Below, in pieces: positions 59,985 to 64,000 of a DNA stretch of 64,000 nt. Source of the DNA: Longimicrobiales bacterium (lineage in GTDB: Bacteria; Gemmatimonadota; Gemmatimonadetes; Longimicrobiales; Gaopeijiaceae). The notes beneath the pieces are model-generated. The model was not told where the DNA came from. It worked only from the letters and a program-made list of their open reading frames with translations, and did no database searches. The DNA is taken from the NCBI GenBank assembly GCA_965116905.1, contig OZ220732.1, positions 2,208,001 to 2,272,000 of the forward strand, in the 5' to 3' direction. Both the position numbers and the translations under genes were made by a program. How positions within the stretch are numbered: position 1 is the stretch's first letter; every line of letters starts with the position of its first letter.

Positions 59985-62225
59985 GCCCCCGCCCTCCGAC
60001 ACCACCGCCGGCCCTTCGCCCGCTTCCAGCGTCTCCAGCACCTGCCGCCACTCGAACTTCTCGCCGATTCCGCGCACGTAGTAGTCCATCCACGCCATCT
60101 CGCTCACGGCCTTGACCAGCCGATTCCGCGGATCCGGAATCCCGTGGCTGCGCCCCGGATACATGAACAGCTCGGTCGGCACGCCCAGCTTCTTGAGCGC
60201 CATGTGCAGCTCGACCGACTGCGGGCTTGGCACGCGCGGATCGCCCTCCACGACGTGGATCATGGTCGGGGTCTTCGCGTTCTTGATGTACTTGAGCGGC
60301 GACTGGTCGAAGTACGTGTCGAAGTCCTCGTACAGGAAGCCGTCGCCCACGTAGAACTGGCGGTTCCGCTGCACGTCGCTCTGCGCGTACATGCTGATCC
60401 AGTTCATCGTCCCCGCGCCCGAGCTGATCGCCTTGAAGCGGTCGGTCTGCGTCAGAATCCAGTTGGACCAGTGGCCGCCGGCGCTCCAGCCCAGCGCACC
60501 CATCCGGTCCCCGTCCACAATCCCCTCGTCGATCAGGTAATCCACGCCGGTGATGATGTCCTCATAGCCCATCGTGAAGTAGTCCCCCACGATGTCCGTG
60601 CGATGCGCGTTTCCGTAGTTCCGCGAGCCTCGGTAGTTGGGTTTGAGAACGGCGTATCCCGCGCCGGCGTAGACCTGGGCGCTGTAGCCGCCATTGAAGC
60701 GCAGGATGTCGGCTGACGCAGGTCCGCCGTGGATCGCGACAATAAGCGGATAGCGCGTCCCCTCCTCATAGCCGACAGGGTAGACCAGCACCCCACCCAC
60801 CGTCCTCCCGTCGGAAGAGCGCCAGTTGATCTCGACTTCCTGGCCGAGCGCGATGTCGCGCACGTGCGGATTGACGTCCACGAGCCGGGTCCACGCGGAG
60901 CGGTTCGCGACGTCGTCCACGCTGGCCACGGTGAACACGGTCGGCGGGGTCATCGGGTCGCTGTAGCCGATCAGGATCGTGCCGGTGTCATCGTCGCGCG
61001 ACACGGACAGCGCGGCCCGCTCCTCGGTGAGCTGCCGGACCGCGCCCGTCTCCACGTCGAGCGCGTGGAGCTGCGTGGTGACGGTCACGCCCGCGTTGAA
61101 GTAGATCGTCCCGGAGTCGTCCGACCAGAACCCGACGCTGGAACTCTGGTCGAAGTCGGACCCCAGCTTGCGGAACGCGCCCCCGCGGTCGGCGACCTCG
61201 CGGATGTACACGCGGTTATCGGTCATGGTGTAGCGTTCCATGTTGTCCGGCGCCGAAAACGCGATCCAGCGGCCGTCGGGCGAGAAGCTCAGCCCGCCCT
61301 CGCCGACCTCGTAGTTGTTCGTGAGGCGCTCGATCTCGCCGGTCGCGATCTCCATCAGGTACAGGTCGGCGTACAGGCGCTGCGCGGTAATGTTGCGCTC
61401 GTAGCGCTCGGTCGAGCCGCCGGTGATGCCGATCCAGCGGCCGTCGTCGGAGAGCACGAAGCTGTTGATGCTGTACGCCGGGTCGTCGGTCTCGCGGCGC
61501 TCTTCGGCCGTCGCCACCTCCACGCTCCACAGGCTCGACAGGGGGGTGACCGCGTTGCGCACGTCGACGGTGAACCCCTGCTCGACCCGCTTGACCTCGT
61601 CTTCGTCGAACGAGTCGGGGCGCGCGAAGTAGATCCGGGCGCCGTCGGGGGTGAAGTCCCACTGCTCGACGCCGGCCTCGCCATCGGTGAGCTGCTCGGG
61701 CGCAGCGCCCGCAAGGTCGCGGGCCGGCAGGCGGTAGAGCTGTTCCCGGCCGTTCTTGCCCGAGCGGTAGACCAGCCAGCGCCCGCGCGGACTGAACGCG
61801 AATCCCGACACGCCTTCGCTCGCGTCGGTGACCTTCCGGGCCTCGCCGCCGTCGTGGCGCATCATGTAGAGCTGGGTCTCGTCGCCGTCGCGATTCGACG
61901 CGAAGACGAAGAAGGACCCGTTCGGAGACCAGGTCGGGCTCGTCTCGTTCCTGTCCTCGGTGTAGGTCAGCCGCCGATCCGACGCCACTCCGTCCGCGAG
62001 CGACACCAGGTGGATGTCGGTCTGGGACTCCGCCTTTTCCCAGTCGGGCGTCGTGACGGTGTAGAGCATCAGCGTCCCGTCCGGGCTCGGTGTCCACGAA
62101 CCCGCACGCTTCAGCTCCTGCACGTCCATGAAGGAGAGCGGGCGCTCCTGCGCGGCGAGCTGCGGGTTGAATGGCGCCCAGAGCGCCGCGGCGGAAACGG
62201 TGAGGGCCAGGGAAAGGGAACGCAT
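59976..62225 (-). CDS. S9C (acylaminoacyl/prolyl oligopeptidase family) peptidase with PD40 repeats
   Basis: Signal peptide; WSP.G repeats; IHGGP, PNYRGS, GWSAGG, GDPRVP, YPGRSH. Confidence 0.92.
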   Translation of the reverse strand: MRSLSLALTVSAAALWAPFNPQLAAQERPLSFMDVQELKRAGSWTPSPDGTLMLYTVTTPDWEKAESQTDIHLVSLADGVASDRRLTYTEDRNETSPTWSPNGSFFVFASNRDGDETQLYMMRHDGGEARKVTDASEGVSGFAFSPRGRWLVYRSGKNGREQLYRLPARDLAGAAPEQLTDGEAGVEQWDFTPDGARIYFARPDSFDEDEVKRVEQGFTVDVRNAVTPLSSLWSVEVATAEERRETDDPAYSINSFVLSDDGRWIGITGGSTERYERNITAQRLYADLYLMEIATGEIERLTNNYEVGEGGLSFSPDGRWIAFSAPDNMERYTMTDNRVYIREVADRGGAFRKLGSDFDQSSSVGFWSDDSGTIYFNAGVTVTTQLHALDVETGAVRQLTEERAALSVSRDDDTGTILIGYSDPMTPPTVFTVASVDDVANRSAWTRLVDVNPHVRDIALGQEVEINWRSSDGRTVGGVLVYPVGYEEGTRYPLIVAIHGGPASADILRFNGGYSAQVYAGAGYAVLKPNYRGSRNYGNAHRTDIVGDYFTMGYEDIITGVDYLIDEGIVDGDRMGALGWSAGGHWSNWILTQTDRFKAISSGAGTMNWISMYAQSDVQRNRQFYVGDGFLYEDFDTYFDQSPLKYIKNAKTPTMIHVVEGDPRVPSPQSVELHMALKKLGVPTELFMYPGRSHGIPDPRNRLVKAVSEMAWMDYYVRGIGEKFEWRQVLETLEAGEGPAVVSEGGGER

Positions 62226-62434
62226 GGTGAACCTCGCTGCTGTTCGGTGGGTGGTCGACCGGTATGCCTTATGATACGCGCGGAGGTGGTGGGGGGCGAG
62301 GAGGGGGGGCGAGGAGGGCGTGGGGGCGGTGTACGCATCGGTCCGGCACAACCTGGACCCAGCTGGCGATGTCTAGAATACTGTAGAGCCGCGCGAGCGA
62401 TTCGCCGGACCCTGTCCCAGCAAAGGTCATCATC

Positions 62435-63748
62435 ATGACAATCCTGCCATGGCGCTCCCGTACGCCCCGTCCGGGTCGACGCGCTGCGACCCGGGCCACC
62501 CATGGCTTCGTTCTGGCGGCGGTATTGCTCCCCCTCGCTTGCGGGCCGATCTCGGACTCGCCTGACGCGGCCGGAGCCGTTGTCGAGACCGAGACCTTCG
62601 GCGACACGACGGTGGTCAGTACCGTGAGCGGAAGCGCCTGGGGCGGAGATGCCACACTCGTGCCCGAGACCTCGATCGGCGAAATGGAGGGGCCGGAGGA
62701 GTACCTCTTCGGTTCCGTGCGCGCGATTGCCGTCGACGATGACCACAACGTGTACGTGCTGGACGGACAGGCCCGGGACGTGCGCGTCTTCGATTCGGCC
62801 GGCACGCACGTCAATACGTTCGGCAGGCGAGGGGAGGGGCCGGGTGAGTTCCAGGTGCCGATCGGTGTCGCCGTTTCCAACGGCCGCGTTATGGTCAGGG
62901 ATCCGGCGAACGCGCGCGTGCAGCTTTTCCACCTGGAGACGTGGGAGGCCGAGGAATGGCGGTACGGACCAAGCGACATTTACATGAATACCCCGCTCTA
63001 CACGGATGACTTCGGCCGGATCTATGTGGACATCTCCTCCAATGAAGAGATTCGCTTCATCGTCATGGGGCCCGACGGCACGCACCTCGATACGATTTCG
63101 GCGCCTGAAGCCCCTGCCGACTTCGACGACGACAGGTACAGCATGAGAGTCGAGGCCGAGAGCGGGGACGAGTGGATCTCCGTCGGCGCGACCGTTCCGT
63201 TCAGCCCGGATTGGTACTGGACGGTCCACCCTTCCGGCCACTTCCTGTCGGCTCTGTCCACAGCGTACCGAATCGACCTTGAGCGGGACGTCGGTGTGTT
63301 GCGCATTCAGAGGAATCACACACCGGTGGCGGTGTTGGACGACGAACGCGAGCGCCATGAGCAGAGGATTCTGAGCAGGATGCGCCGGTTCGATGCGGGC
63401 TGGAGCTGGGACGGTCCCGCCATACCGGATCACAAGCCGCCATTCAGGGGCCTGCGCGCAGGACGCGATGGCCGTATCTGGGTGAGGCTCTGGACCGAGG
63501 CGCAACGGGTCCCGAACGAGGATCACGACCCGACCGATCCCGAGTCCGCCGCATTCACATGGGTCGAGCCGCTCCGGTACGACGTGTTCGAAGCCGACGG
63601 AACCTACCTGGGGGCTGTGGTGCCGCCCGAAGGATTCGGCTCTTCGCCTCCGCCGGTGTTTGGTCGCTCGTTTGTGTGGGCTGTCGAGCGCGATGATCTG
63701 GGGGTGGAGCGAGTGCGTCGCTACAGGCTCGCGCTGCCCGCCTCCTGA
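62435..63748 (+). CDS. 6-bladed beta-propeller-type lipoprotein
   Basis: Lipobox PLAC; GRRGEGPGEF; DDLGVERVRRYRL. Confidence 0.78.
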   Translation: MTILPWRSRTPRPGRRAATRATHGFVLAAVLLPLACGPISDSPDAAGAVVETETFGDTTVVSTVSGSAWGGDATLVPETSIGEMEGPEEYLFGSVRAIAVDDDHNVYVLDGQARDVRVFDSAGTHVNTFGRRGEGPGEFQVPIGVAVSNGRVMVRDPANARVQLFHLETWEAEEWRYGPSDIYMNTPLYTDDFGRIYVDISSNEEIRFIVMGPDGTHLDTISAPEAPADFDDDRYSMRVEAESGDEWISVGATVPFSPDWYWTVHPSGHFLSALSTAYRIDLERDVGVLRIQRNHTPVAVLDDERERHEQRILSRMRRFDAGWSWDGPAIPDHKPPFRGLRAGRDGRIWVRLWTEAQRVPNEDHDPTDPESAAFTWVEPLRYDVFEADGTYLGAVVPPEGFGSSPPPVFGRSFVWAVERDDLGVERVRRYRLALPAS

Positions 63749-63817
63749 AGCGATGGGCCGGACCTGCACCTGCGCCCGAGGCTGCACCCGAGGCCCCGAC
63801 ACCAGGACGAGCCGCCG

Positions 63818-64000
63818 GTGAAACGCCGCATTCCCACATACGTGTGGACGTTCATGGCCCTCGTGGCGGGTCTGGCCGCGGGCGGGTTCCTCCCCGGGCC
63901 GCTCGCGCCCGTGGCCGACGCCACGTCGACGCTGATCGGTTGGGTCGTCGCGGTGGTGCCACTCCTGATCCTCGCCGCGCTGAGTCCGGCGATCGCGACG
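63818..64000 (+). CDS. Membrane transporter N-terminus (3'-partial), possibly a dicarboxylate/amino acid:cation symporter
   Basis: GTG start; MKRRIPTYVWTFMALVAGLAAGG...VVAVVPLLILAALSPAIAT hydrophobic helices; open to window end. Confidence 0.55.
   Translation, partial: MKRRIPTYVWTFMALVAGLAAGGFLPGPLAPVADATSTLIGWVVAVVPLLILAALSPAIAT

Overview
GC-rich bacterial window; gene content suggests a Gemmatimonadota-like, possibly sponge-associated organism (inference only). The first ~5.8 kb is housekeeping-type: 3' part of a type-2 ileS, an RluD-type pseudouridine synthase, MA and M28 peptidases. Two tandem copies of a DUF1592 di-heme cytochrome / DUF1552 / secreted ankyrin operon follow (5.9-17.4 kb), with a third divergent copy at 27-34.5 kb. 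From 17.4 kb on the window is a patchwork of accessory genes: four S9 peptidases, five beta-propeller paralogs, two amidohydrolases, GGT, a serine hydrolase, a GntR-ABC operon, a eukaryote-type sterol C24-methyltransferase next to an N2227-like methyltransferase, three antitoxins without intact toxins and an IS630 fragment. The most striking unexplained signal is nine copies of an AT-rich 28-bp palindrome with 11-6-11 geometry (consensus ~nAATACTAAAC-N6-GTTTAGTATn). All lie at gene junctions of the accessory region, including convergent junctions and stacks of 2-3 sites; one coincides with truncation of a HEPN-like toxin. This resembles a dif/pdif-like site-specific recombination cassette system, but no recombinase gene is in the window. 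No rRNA, tRNA or CRISPR array was recognised.
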